From Takakia lepidozioides (lineage: Eukaryota > Plantae > Bryophyta), in the NCBI GenBank assembly GCA_030704615.1, contig CM060734.1, forward strand, positions 21,390,001 to 21,454,000: DNA of 64,000 nt, read 5' to 3'. The position numbers and the translations under genes were made by a program. How positions within the stretch are numbered: the stretch's first letter is position 1; the number at the start of each line of letters is the position of its first letter. The notes under the pieces were generated by a model that saw nothing but the letters and a program-made list of their open reading frames with translations, had not been told where the DNA came from and searched no databases. Of this stretch, positions 49,475 to 61,345 are shown in pieces.

Positions 49475-50693
49475 TGATTCCGGCGCTATGGGTTTGTTCC
49501 CCTTCCTCTACCGGACTTAACCTTATTTGGGGAATGTAGTCGATAGATGGGCCTGGCAGAGAAGACGGAATCTTGCAAAGAGGACACCACAGACCCAGAC
49601 CTCCAGAACACTTTCATCCAACCACTCAAGCACACCGTTACACCCAATGTACGCTCACGTAAGACCCAAAAAGCCACCACCCTCACTGCCTCCTTGCGCG
49701 CAGTTTCCTCAAAGGTTTTGGCCCAGAACTCCGAGGGCGTGTCCAACAGGAGCTCGGGCCGCGGAATGGGTTCTCCCTCCGGGTAATCAACAAAAACCAA
49801 CTGCTCAGGCAACAGATTGCGCGCAAGCTCACAAATGTAGCGAGATTCCAATGCCAGAGTCTGCTTCAAGCGCGGGACCTCGAATTGATCAAGTTCAAAC
49901 CAACCACGCTCAGAACTGGAAGCCATAGTGCTTGCTTGCTAAACTCTCAAAACACAGAAAGCTCGAGCAGACAAACTTCATCTCTCCCTCTCTGCGCGCG
50001 AGACACAAGCCGCCATTTTGTCACCCCCTCTCCCTTCCATCATGCAGGATCTTCCGTACCCAATCTATTGTTCTCAGGTGCTTCGTACCAACTAAATCCT
50101 CTGTCAACGATTTTAGTTACTCCGCATCTCCACCATGATTCCGACGCTATGGGTTTGTTCCCCTTCCTCTACCGGACTTAACCTTATCTAGGGAATGTAG
50201 TCGATAGATGGGCCTGGCAGAGAAGACGGAATCTTGCTAAGAGGACACTACAGACCCAGACCTCCAGAACACTTTCATCCAACCACTCAAGCACACCGTT
50301 ACACCCAACATATGCTCGCGTAAGACCCAAAAAGCCACCACCCTCATTGCCACGGCAGTGAGGTTTAAATAGTATTAGGTCATGATCTAATCCTAGTGCC
50401 GCGTGGCACTTACATATAGGTCCACCAGATGTCCTTCCAGCACAGCCATAGAAAGAAGCCAGATCACCCAGTCCCATCCTAATCTGATCCTAAACTAGCT
50501 GTTAGAATAAGACAGCCCCTAATAAAGCTATCAGTTGTTGCCAGCTCATCCTCATGCGCAAAGTATTAGTTCATCCAGACTTCATCTTGGCTTCGTCCAT
50601 CCCTTAAATCATCCGGAGCGCATCCCTCCTCCATTCATCCATGTCGAAAAGTAAGGTGAGAAGGAATCCCAGCTCCACAGGCCCTTTTGATCA
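49475..50693 (-). mobile_element. Internally deleted LTR retrotransposon with tRNA-Ala PBS
   Basis: Direct repeats starting TGATTCCG at 49475 and 50136 (~210 bp shared). Minus-strand TGGTGGAGATGCGG abuts the LTR at 50135-50122. A gag-like start at 49926 is fused to the partial LTR near 49690. Right boundary uncertain. Confidence 0.75.
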
Positions 50694-50996
50694 AATTAAT
50701 AAATAAACAAGCGGCTCATCGCGTAATGGCTCCTCCTTATGGTGACTACCTATTAGAATATTATGATGATGATATATGTTGGTAGCAAGGAATGTAATTA
50801 GGTAGTTTCAAAACCAATAAATACAGGTTTATGGTCCGTCCAAAATGCTTCTGTAATGCCAGATATGCAGTGTTGGTGAGGTGCATTTGTCCAAACATGG
50901 TCTAGTTGAGATCCATAAATAGTAGTACTAATTGAGAATTAGAGTTACATGTGAAAAGAAAACATGAATTTTTGTAATTGATTTGTTGTTACGGTA

Positions 50997-51672
50997 TTAT
51001 TCTGTAAAAGATCTACATAGACTCTGCATCTTTGGTACCATGGGGTCTCCGACCATACCAGAGTTTTCATAGATAAGATCGCCCTTCTCAATTTCTGCCA
51101 CTACATGCTCTATAGTGGGGATGTCCAACCCCTCCCTCTCCACAGTAAGAGGCTTCGGTGTAACAGCAAATCGAGTCTGAGTTACCACTGGGGCAACTTG
51201 ATCATCTTGTTGTGCTGGCCATGGTACTGAAGTGACTGCTTTCTCCCTTCGGGCTTCCAGCACCTCATCTTGTGCAGGAGCTATAGAAACATCGTCGTGA
51301 GGGTTCCTTGTGGCAAATGGATCCGCCATTACAATTGCGTCCCTCTTCTGTCTCGTGGACTGGTGCTGCCTCTCTAATCCTCCTTTACCTTGTGAAGAGC
51401 CTTGCTCCTCAACTGCAGTTGTGGTTGCCTCAAACACCCCCATTACCTTGCGTTCTTGCGCATCAAGCAAGCAAGAATCAAAGATAATCTGTGCAATAAT
51501 TGGGCAAGACACAATGATTGGGGACTTGGCAGCAGTAGTCTGTAATCGTTTCATCTCCTCCACTAGACCACTGAGCATCATCTCTGCCCAAGCTACATTC
51601 TCTATCTCCTCTCAAGGCTTTCAAAACCTCCTCCGTAAAAGATCTGCTAAGATACTGTTGGTTTTGTTTCAC
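50997..51672 (-). pseudogene. Degenerate ORF of unknown function
   Basis: Two overlapping ORFs (64 aa and 194 aa) with protein-like composition; no recognised motif. Confidence 0.25.
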
Positions 51673-52312
51673 GGTGACGGCCGCGCGTGGGGCCCTTATC
51701 CTGCGTAAACGTTCCTTGAAAAAAATCCCGCCACGTGTCCCTTCTTTTAGGTGCCCAGATTTCCTTTAGGCTTCTCCCCCCCCACTGCGGCATCTTCTTT
51801 GCTTCCTGCTCCTTTGGTTCGTCTAATCTCGGAAAGATGCTGGAAAGACATTGTTAACCGCTGGTTTATGACTTAGGCAAAACAGGCTAACAACACTACT
51901 GCCCATTTCCTAAGACATGCAACAGAGGTTGTCCGACGGTATGCTTTCAGAAACGATTACGAAGTAATCGTTTTCAGGATAGCTAAGCTATGAACGTCGT
52001 ATGAAGCCATATCACTACAGGCTGCTTAATCAAATTGATTAAGCCTAATCTATAGTCTCTTTGGCATAATAGGCCTTAGTCGAAAGGACTGAAGCCTCTT
52101 TGTTCAGATTAAGCAGATGGTAGTCAAGACAAAACAAGAATTATGCTAAGATGATACACATTCTCACCATATCACGTTCTCTCATAATGCACATTCTCTC
52201 CATCTCACATTCACTCTACACAGAGATATTTCGAATAGCATGGCTTTACTTCAGAGTTCGTCACATCATCACAGAAGTATATCCTGAATACACACTGATC
52301 ACTGATACTCAT

Positions 52313-53049
52313 TGTCACGCACCTCACTTCGGTAAGCTCTCCCCTCAAGTCATAGTACTCGCTTGATGCGCGCGCCTAACTCCCAACCTGGCCGTCGGGC
52401 CAACTTGGAGCTCTGGCTGCTCACCGGGGCATAACGGTCCCCCTTTGATCTCCCAAAGAACCCTCCAACGATTTGGAACCAGCAGAATTCCCTTTGGTAG
52501 TTGGCAGTCCGGAACATCTCCCCACTCTTTGGTCGCTTTCCGGCTCGTTCGCTTACTCACTAGTTTTTGGTCACCAACGGGCTTGCACCGTTCTCGGGGT
52601 TACTACTCCCTATATATACTTCTGTAGCTGTCCGCGGGGGTTTCACAAACAACCATGCCATTTTATGGCGAACCACCACGAACACCCTCGACTCCCGGTG
52701 ATTAGTCGCGGTGAGTCTTGGCGAGTCTTGGCCCACCCACCACGGCCCCTATGGACCGTGATGAGTCCCAAGACTCCCCACGACCCCCACCACGAGGTCT
52801 CCGCCCCAGGGTGAGTTCTATGCCACCCCCACTAAGTCCCGCTAAGCTACCACCACCCCTTGTGGAGCCACCCCCACCGCAACCCGGTGTGCTGGGCTCC
52901 ACCTAGTGAGCGCCTCTGCCTCCTTGAGTGCCTTGGGCACTCAAGGGTGCTTCAGCCCCCCCCCATACCTATCACTGCCACTGCCCCCACCATAGGGACA
53001 GCCCCTCTTGTGTCCCGACCCCCTGCCCTCAAGGCAAAGGGTCACGACA
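52313..53049 (+). mobile_element. Solo LTR family A (737 bp) inserted in the 3' LTR of the second Gypsy
   Basis: TGTCACG...CACGACA termini with perfect 5-bp TSD CTCAT (52308-52312 and 53050-53054). Confidence 0.95.
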
Positions 53050-53466
53050 CTCATACTCATATCGCTCTCCCTCTAAGTTGTGTGCAATCTTTTTATACTA
53101 TGCTCGAAAGAGCCGTTACAGTTTGCGGTCGTTAATGACCGTTTGCCTAACTGCCTACGTAACCTAAAAGGTTTGCTAAAAAAGTGGCTCGTTGTAGTGG
53201 TCGTGAGCCATAGTAGTAAACGGTCCACTACTCCCTCTATTGGTTAAAGCCGATGCTAACGTGGCCGTGTGATATCGTGGTTCACGGCCCACGGTTACTA
53301 CACTACCCTTTACTGCTCCCGTGGTAATGTACCCTTGTCCCGCCATTTGCTAAGTACTGCGTACTTAGCCGTCTCTGCCTGTGGCCAGGTAGTATACGTC
53401 CATCACTACCCGGTATGTCCCGTTGTGACTCTCGTTGTCTGTCCCTCGTAGCATAGCCGTTATCAT

Positions 53467-55379
53467 TTATTCCCCCCCCTCTTTTGAAATTGTGTCCGCA
53501 CAATTTCGTCTGTTCCTATGCTTGTTGTATCTCTTGGGGATGTAAGGTGGTGGCATGCCTGTCTGCGGGGTAGGAAGTGCGTCCCAGGATTGTCGTGGTG
53601 GCAGCTTCTTGTTCCTGTTGTCGTCACTGTCTGGTTGCTCTTCTGGTTCGTGAGTAGGCCAGCTTTTGTCATCAAGGTGTTCTGCTATTCCGTCCCCACG
53701 TACCATGTCGATTTTTGTGGTCAAGGTTTCTCGGTAGGTTTGCAGCTCCTCCTTGGTCCAGGGTACAATGTGTTTAGTCGCCCTGCTGCCCATTAACCAG
53801 TTAACAGCTTGGATCCATGTTTCTCTGAAAGGGTGGTCGCTGTCCAAGACCAATGTTGAAAAGTGATCCTTCGCCTGGCGCCATGCTTCAGCATACAGTG
53901 GTCTGTTCATGTATGCTGAAGTGCCTGCGACTCTCTCTGGTGCCTGGAATTTGGGTAATTCCCAGTGAGTATCTTTTTCAATACTCTCATAGCGCTTCCA
54001 GCTTCCCCTCATTGTCACGAACATCCGGTACAAGTAACTGCCAATATAAAACTTGGTCATCCCATTACAATGGTTACTGTAGGGGTAGGATTAATCTTCA
54101 ATTGCCCCACTGCCCACATGTAAGCTACCAGCTCCTTGTATTCCAGGGGAGCCTGGCGCCAGAATTCAACCAATTCTGCCCCTGACCATGTCTCCTCCTT
54201 AGCAAGTGGCCTCATCCTATATCTTAGAGGGATAAGAGTTTGATTGAGCAGATGCAATTGACCCAATGATTTGCAGGGGGTTAAGGTTTTGAAGACCTTC
54301 TCCAGTATCTCTGGGATTTGGTGGGCTGGGACTACCATCATTTTTAAGTATTCCTCTGAATACTTTAGCCATTGCCCATCCTGCTTGCATGGCATGATTT
54401 GGAAATCATCCACTGCTACCGAAGTTGATGCTACCAGTACACTTGGTAGTGTTACGGGGTTTACCTCTTGAGTAGATGGCCCTGCTGTGGCCTGTACCAG
54501 TGTCTGTTGACTTGGTGGTGGTTGTGTTGCTGGTGGTGTTTGTGCTGGTGTTGTTGTTGTTGATTGTATTGGTGTTTCTCGTTCGTGGTCTTGCTCTTCT
54601 TGATCATCTTTGTCCATGAGCTCCTCTTGTTCTGGAATTGGTGGCAGGAACTCCTCATGAATGTCTGTCACCAACTTCGCCAATTGACATTTCATCTGCC
54701 TCACCATTACTTTGTTGAGTTTCTTCATCTCCAGTTCACTCCCTTCATTCAACCAGGCTCTGGCTAAGGCTGCGTCTGCTGCATCCAGCCCTGCTTGCAA
54801 TGTCAGCTTCTCCAGCTGCTGCTTCCATTCATGTTCATTGCCCATGGCAATGTCTCTTTCTGTGGTGGTTGTAAACAGCCTGCTCTCAACATTCTCCCTT
54901 TCCCTCAGCAGTGTAGTGTTGCTATTGAGCCACTTGGTCCCCTGATCTCTGGCAGTCCTCAGCTGCCCCTTGAGTGTCTCCACCTGCTGTTTAAGCGTTT
55001 GCACCCATCCTGTGAGTGTTTCCACCTCTGTCTCTATTTTCCGAGATCTCTCTCGCTCTGTATCGAGGTCGGCTTGGACATGGCGTGTTTCGTCTCTATG
55101 TCTTTCCCACTTCTGCTCCCACTCATCTCTGCGTTGTGCCAAAGTGTTGTATTGGCAAAGTAAGGTCGTCTTTTGATCTTCTAACGCTGCAATTGTAACC
55201 TCATGGTTACATACTGTTCTTGCAGTTGCCAATTCCCTCTGGTGCTTCTCTTTGATGTGGTCTAAGATCATGCTCAGGTTTTCCGGGCTGACGTAATCCT
55301 TGGTCCTGTCCATACAAGCTGTCAGTTGACCCAAAGCTTGTATTGCCTGCAGAATGACATTCTGTGGCGTTTCCTCCAA
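53467..55379 (-). CDS. Extra retrotransposon ORFs (440-aa coiled-coil-rich ORF plus 197-aa ORF), unknown function
   Basis: Long sense-strand ORFs between integrase and PPT; E/Q/K/L heptad-like stretch; the last ORF runs through the PPT. Confidence 0.6.
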
Positions 55380-55886
55380 CCCTGTGTCCCATGCTGTTGT
55401 ATCCAGAACTTATTGTGCTAGTAGTAATTCCAAATTGGAATTTCTGTCTTGCTGCTGCTGATTCGGTGCCTCTTGCACCACCTGCTGTTGCTGCTGACTG
55501 GGTGCCTCTTACACTATCTGTTGTTGCTGCGCCACTATGTCTCCATCCTCTGTTCCTGGCTGTGTGGCCTCTGTGTGTGCTGCTTGTTGGGCTTTGGTGT
55601 TGCCATGGCTAATTTCCATGGGCGTTGCTTCGTTGGTCTGTGGTTGGTTCCCTCCTTCTGGCTGTTGATTCTCCCATTCTCTCTGCACTGGGGAATCATC
55701 CGTCGAGTTGATGATGTCCTCTGCTGCTGCACTTGTGGTTGCTTCGTTGATCCGGGCTCTCTTTGCAAGTCCGCCCTCTTCTTCTTCTTGACCTGCTGCC
55801 GTCTCACTTCATTCTCCCTCCATCGTATCTACCCGTTGCATAATCCCCAACGTCGCTTGCTCTTCGGCCGTTAGGTGTACAGTGTG

Positions 55887-58800
55887 TCAAATCATTTGAA
55901 GTAACAAGGGAGTCGCCATGGTAACAGTTGCTTCCTTCTTCTTCTTTGTCAATCGGGTCAATTCTTGGGTTAACTTCTTCAATAAGAAGCTTGCCCAAAT
56001 CACGATTTGCCCATTGAGGCAAACCAATACTTGATCGATTAGCTCTTTGGTACAATAGCTGTGGTTTTGCCTGAGGCAAAGCAACATGCTAAGTACTGGG
56101 GCTATCCTCCTAAAGCCGGGGCTTTTGCTGTGACTGCATGTGTAGCCCTGATCTGCTTGGTTGAGATTCTCAAACAAATCTGCAAGTACAAACCTTGGAG
56201 GTTTGCCGCTGTGCGCCGGTACGTCCAGACTGGGAAGGTGAAACACTTCCGCCAAGTACTTCTCCGACAGCAGAATGTGTGTGTCGCGGACATTTGTGCT
56301 CCGAGTGTTGGTGTTGTAATTCTCCAAGAACTCCCTGCACAGCTCGTCGTGCTTCAAGTTCCAGTCCAGCGTGGTGATGAAGTATCGTAGGCCAAGACTG
56401 TCCAACGTCTCTTGTGTCTCTGTGTCCTGTTCAATCTTCCGCAACGCCGGGCTGCTTTTGAAATTCACTTGCGCATAAGACCTTGGTGCATTCCGCTTGG
56501 TGCTTGCCATTTCTCTTAGTCTTGCGGTTGCTGTAAGGAATTGGAGCACCAATTCCTGTATCACCAGTAGTATGAAGCACACTGGAAGTTGTGTATACAG
56601 CAATTTCCAGTTTGCGGAAGAGAAGGTGAGGAGTTCGCTTCTTGGTTTAAGTAGGGGTTCTCCTCTGTAGGCTTCTCTCGAGGTTCTCGTGGAGGTAATT
56701 CCGTCCTGCTGGTTGCCTAGGTTTAAAGCGCAGTTAGCTTTAATTGCTGGGCCCAGGCTTACCAAGAAGCATTTAGCTTCTGGTAACGGTTTTGAGAAAA
56801 CTTCGTCTTTTTTGTGCCTGATTTTCTTCCGTTGGTGTTTTTTTCGTGATTTGTTTTGGATTGAACTGATGATCGTTGATGATGGTTTAGTTTCGGTCAG
56901 TTTATGTTCATCCATCTTGGATGTGTTCATCCACTTTGGTACGTGGTCTGTCTTTAGATGGGCGGCGTGGGTGCAGTACTTGCAGCTTGGTTTAATGGCT
57001 TTGCCCTTATCATCCGCCGTCTTTTGGCAATCCGTTGGATTGCGCCGTCGTTCTGCCTCCATGTTATGATCGAAGGGTAGTGGTGTATGATTACTTCGGT
57101 CGGTGGGGTGATCTGGAGCGTACATCTCGGAGTTTAACACAAGCAGTGACTCGTTGGCTGCTTCGTATTCGTTCACGGTTCTGTAGGGCATCTGTGCTGG
57201 CCACGGTTCACCATACGGTATACAGGGTGGTAATGTTGTCCTCCAGATGAATGGTGGTCTAGTCGTCGTGGTGCCCTGAATTCGTGTTGCCACCTGTCTT
57301 AGTACATGCCGATTCACTGTGTCGTGATGAATGTAGTATGCACTGGCGGTTTCACGCTCCTCATCTTCAGTTTGATCTTCCTCGTTGGCGTATAAGTCAT
57401 GTATAAGGGCTTTGTCATGTATTCCTTGGTAGCCTTTTAACTTGTTAATGTTAATTCGTCCCACGAATTCTTGTTCCAAGGTCTGTAAATCAACAGTCCC
57501 ATTGTCACGTACCTTTTTGATTTGAAATGGTCCCATCCATGGCATTTTCAATTTTCCGCCCAGTTTGATCTTCTTGATTTTTGGTAACCACAAAACAATG
57601 TCCCCGTCCTGGAAAGATTTCTCTTTCCCTTCAGATATTCTTTTTCTTCGTTGTTCTTGAATCCGTGCCATGTTATCTGCAGCATCTGCCCGAACTTCTT
57701 CCAGATGGAATAACTCATATTCCCTGATTCGTAGAGATTCTTCTAAACCCCATCGTTCATGAGTTCCGGTTCGTAGTGTGGGTATCATACATTCAATGGG
57801 TAATAGTGCCTCTGCTCCATACACCAGTTGAAATGGTGTATGTTTCGTGGTCACCTTGTATGATGTCCTGAATGCCCATAGTGTTGTGTTCAATTTGGTG
57901 TCCCAATATGTTCGATTGGCATTTACTATCTTGGTTAGGATAGTGCATAATATCTTGTTGGTAGATTCAGCCTGGCCGTTTCCTTGGGGATAGTACGCAG
58001 TACTCTTGTGATGTACGATCATGAACTCCTCCGTCAAGCATTTTATGGCATCATTTATAAAATGTGATCCTTGATCACTGACGAATTCCAGTGGGCAACT
58101 AAATCGTGTGATGATGTTTTCATATAAGAATTTGGCTGTCGATCTAGCGGTGTTGTCTCTTAGTGCCTTGGCCTCTACCCATTTGGTGATGTAGTCAGAG
58201 GCTGTGAGGATGTATTGGTTTTGTGTGTACCTTGCTGGAGGTTTAATGGGTCCCACGAAGTCTAGCCCCCAGAGCTGAAATGGTTCTGTTGGTAGTATTG
58301 GGTGCAGAGTACCCTTCCCAGTTTGTTCTACTAGTCCCATCCTCTGGCAAACATCACACTGTTGGCAGTGTTCATAAGTATCTCCAAATACAGTAGGCCA
58401 CCAGTAACCTGCTAATAATATCTTCTTTGCTGTCAGGTCCGAACTGAAGTGTCCTCCTGCAATTCCTTCGTGTAGTTCTTGCATTACTGTTTTGGCTTGC
58501 TCTTTGTTTACACATCTTCTCATTATGGAGTCAATTCCTCTTTTGTACAGAATCCCCCTGATTACTGTGTATGGCTTGCTTTTCATTGAAAGCTTCCTCC
58601 TGTCATCTTTGGTGTAATCTTCAGGAAATTTCCCTGTGTTCAGATAGTATTTGATTGGCCATTGCCAATCATCTTGATCTTGATCCTGAATTTCTTCTGA
58701 TACTTCTTTGGTGACTGTATAAGCTCCAATACTGATATTGGCCAATTCTTGATTGTTTGTTTTTTCGTTTTCCTTGTCATCTTCTTCTTCTGGATCTGGC

Positions 58801-58919
58801 TCTTCCTCAATAATAGGTCCTTCATCAAGAGGTTCATCTTCATCTAATGAATCCTCTTCTTCATCAGTGTTATCCATGAGTTTAAGAGCATCTGGAAGGT
58901 CATAGTCTCCTTGAAACAT
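55887..58919 (-). CDS. Integrase with a long in-frame C-terminal extension
   Basis: HEG..GGH...[35 protein letters not shown] and GPF motif, followed by ~500 aa without a stop. Confidence 0.85.
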   Translation of the reverse strand: MFQGDYDLPDALKLMDNTDEEEDSLDEDEPLDEGPIIEEEPDPEEEDDKENEKTNNQELANISIGAYTVTKEVSEEIQDQDQDDWQWPIKYYLNTGKFPEDYTKDDRRKLSMKSKPYTVIRGILYKRGIDSIMRRCVNKEQAKTVMQELHEGIAGGHFSSDLTAKKILLAGYWWPTVFGDTYEHCQQCDVCQRMGLVEQTGKGTLHPILPTEPFQLWGLDFVGPIKPPARYTQNQYILTASDYITKWVEAKALRDNTARSTAKFLYENIITRFSCPLEFVSDQGSHFINDAIKCLTEEFMIVHHKSTAYYPQGNGQAESTNKILCTILTKIVNANRTYWDTKLNTTLWAFRTSYKVTTKHTPFQLVYGAEALLPIECMIPTLRTGTHERWGLEESLRIREYELFHLEEVRADAADNMARIQEQRRKRISEGKEKSFQDGDIVLWLPKIKKIKLGGKLKMPWMGPFQIKKVRDNGTVDLQTLEQEFVGRININKLKGYQGIHDKALIHDLYANEEDQTEDEERETASAYYIHHDTVNRHVLRQVATRIQGTTTTRPPFIWRTTLPPCIPYGEPWPAQMPYRTVNEYEAANESLLVLNSEMYAPDHPTDRSNHTPLPFDHNMEAERRRNPTDCQKTADDKGKAIKPSCKYCTHAAHLKTDHVPKWMNTSKMDEHKLTETKPSSTIISSIQNKSRKKHQRKKIRHKKDEVFSKPLPEAKCFLVSLGPAIKANCALNLGNQQDGITSTRTSREAYRGEPLLKPRSELLTFSSANWKLLYTQLPVCFILLVIQELVLQFLTATARLREMASTKRNAPRSYAQVNFKSSPALRKIEQDTETQETLDSLGLRYFITTLDWNLKHDELCREFLENYNTNTRSTNVRDTHILLSEKYLAEVFHLPSLDVPAHSGKPPRFVLADLFENLNQADQGYTCSHSKSPGFRRIAPVLSMLLCLRQNHSYCTKELIDQVLVCLNGQIVIWASFLLKKLTQELTRLTKKKKEATVTMATPLLLQMI

Positions 58920-58989
58920 TCCCAGAGCATCTATAGGATCTGTCTCTTCATCTGGTGCTTCTGGTTGAACAACAAACAGAAATGCGTCG

Positions 58990-61321
58990 GAAAGTTGATC
59001 CTCTACCCCCGTGGCTGGTTCTCTTGTAGTAATCCTTGACAGATGATCTGTTGTAACATGTAATTTCCCTGGTTTATGAACAACTTCAAAATCATACTCA
59101 TGAAGAAGTAATAACCATCGAGCAACCCTGCCACTAGCTAGTGGTCGATTTGCTAAATGAACTAGAGCCTGATGATCAACAATAAACTTAAAGCGATTGC
59201 CAAGTAAATAATGCCGAAACTTTTGAAAACATAAATCATTGCCAATGCTTCCCTTTCTGTGGTGCTATAGTTCTTCTCGGCTGCTGTCAACAATCTGCTT
59301 GCATAATAGATTGGTGAATCTATTGTGCCTGTCACATTCTGAGCTAGAACTGCTCCCAAAGCAATGCCTGATGCATCACTGTGCACATGAAATGGTAAAT
59401 CCCATCTTGGATTTATCAGAATTGGTGCTGCTATGAGTGCCTTTTTTAGTGAATCGAATGATTCATGGCAAGCTGGAGACCATCGGTATTCGGCATCTTG
59501 CTTCAGCAGTCTATAGACTGGTGCTGCTCTGTGAGCATATTTGTCCATGTACCTTCTGTAATAGCTCGTCTGTCCCAGAAATCTTGTAAGTTTCTTGGGA
59601 TTTTCTGGTGGTGGTATTTTCTGGATAACTTCCACTTTCTTTGGATCCACCAGAATTCCCTGCATAAAATCGTTGAGATATTTCTTGAATATCTTAGATA
59701 CTGCTCGTTGAAATGTGGCTGGTGCATTGCAAAGTCCAAATGGTATGACTTTGTAAAAATAGGCTCCCCATTCAGTGATGAATGCAGTCTTTTCTCGGTC
59801 TTCTTCTGCCATCTGCACCTGGTTGTACCCACTAAACCCGTCCATGAATGAGTACATCTCATGTCCGGCCACTGTGTCCAACACTATTTCGGTGAAAGGT
59901 AGTGGAAATGGGTCTTTCTTGGTTCCTGCGTTTAACTTGCGGTAGTCCACACATACTCGCAGTTTTCCATTTTTCTTGGGTACTATTACAATGGGCGATA
60001 ACCATTGTGGTGTCTCTACTGGGTATATGAATCTTGCATCCAGTAATTTCTTGATTTCTTCCCAAACTTTAGCTGCATAGTTGGAGTTCATTCTGTAACG
60101 GTTCTGACGAATTGGTTTTGTGTCAACTTCCAATTCAATTCGGTGCTGACAGATATTAGAAGGTATACCCTTCAAATCTTTGTAGTTCCAGGCAAATACA
60201 TCTTTGTATTCAGTGAATAATGCAGTAGCTTCTTGTAGAAATGATTCTTCAAGACCTGCACTTACTCGTATTATCTGTGGTTCTTCACTTGAATCAATTG
60301 AGTTTCTTCCATTACTGTCCATCCTGCAATCTCTTGTCTGATGGTTGCAATCGTGGCAGGTACTTCACTGATTTGAATGTCTTCTTCCCTTTCTTGATAG
60401 AAACGGGCAGGGTGTTGGAGTGTGTCCATCGCTTCTTCCTCTGGATCTTCCGTTCTCAAAGTATTTGGTTCTCCTTGGGTGTTCACCATGTGACATCCTA
60501 CTGTTGTGGTATGCTTGACCACTAGTTGCCCAATAGGTTCCAACTGTGGATGTGTTGCATATACTGTGGCTTCTTCTTCATCCGACAGTCCACTGGACCA
60601 ATCATACTCTTCTACTATGCAAGGTCGTTTCTCTCGTGGAATGGTACCTTGTTGCTTCGTAGTGATGGTGACTTGTTCTGATCCTTTTTATGATCGTGAG
60701 AGTCTGACTTCCCCAATCATGGTGTGATTGGGCTTGTGTTAACCATGGTTGGCCAAGTAGTAGCGAATATCCTTCTGCCACATCCTCCATTCTGAGAATG
60801 GTTACTGATACTTCGTATACCAGTCCTGCTACTTCCATTGCAAGTCGTCTGATGATACCCAATGGTTGCACTTTTCATTGATCAGCCATTCGTACCGTGA
60901 ATGGAGCAGGTTCCATGTGCCCCAATCCTAGTGACTTCTTCATCTTCTCTGTCATGATATTCACTCCAGATCCTCCATCAATGAGTACATCCGTTACCAT
61001 CTTCCGTCCAATACGTACTTGTATTACGGGTATTGCTTCGTCATAGCCTGGAGTTTGTCGTATAGTTGTGGGTTTAATCGTGTAAACCTCTGGTGTTGGT
61101 TTTTGTTTTGGTGTGGGGGTCAATGCCTCGATTGCCCGAAATAAAATTTTCTTGCAGTGTGGAGCAATTTTTAATAATTGTCCAATGGTAATTTGGGTCT
61201 TGGTCTGGCAGATTACTTCAGCCAATTCTGCTTCCGTGGTTGCATTCATGGTCTTCACCGTTGGTCTGATTTGATTATCTGGAGTTGACTCTCCAGAAGG
61301 TATATGGGTTCCCTCTTGCAT
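58990..61321 (-). pseudogene. pol: Protease, RT (catalytic YxDD segment deleted) and RNase H of the second Gypsy
   Basis: LIDGGSG, LRVCVDYRKLN, DPFPLP, SFMDGFSGYNQ, PFGLCNAPATFQR; direct jump FMQ to GILVDP at ~59660; [15 protein letters not shown]; several stops and frameshifts. Confidence 0.93.
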
Positions 61322-61345
61322 TTGAGCTATGGCTTTACTTACCTC

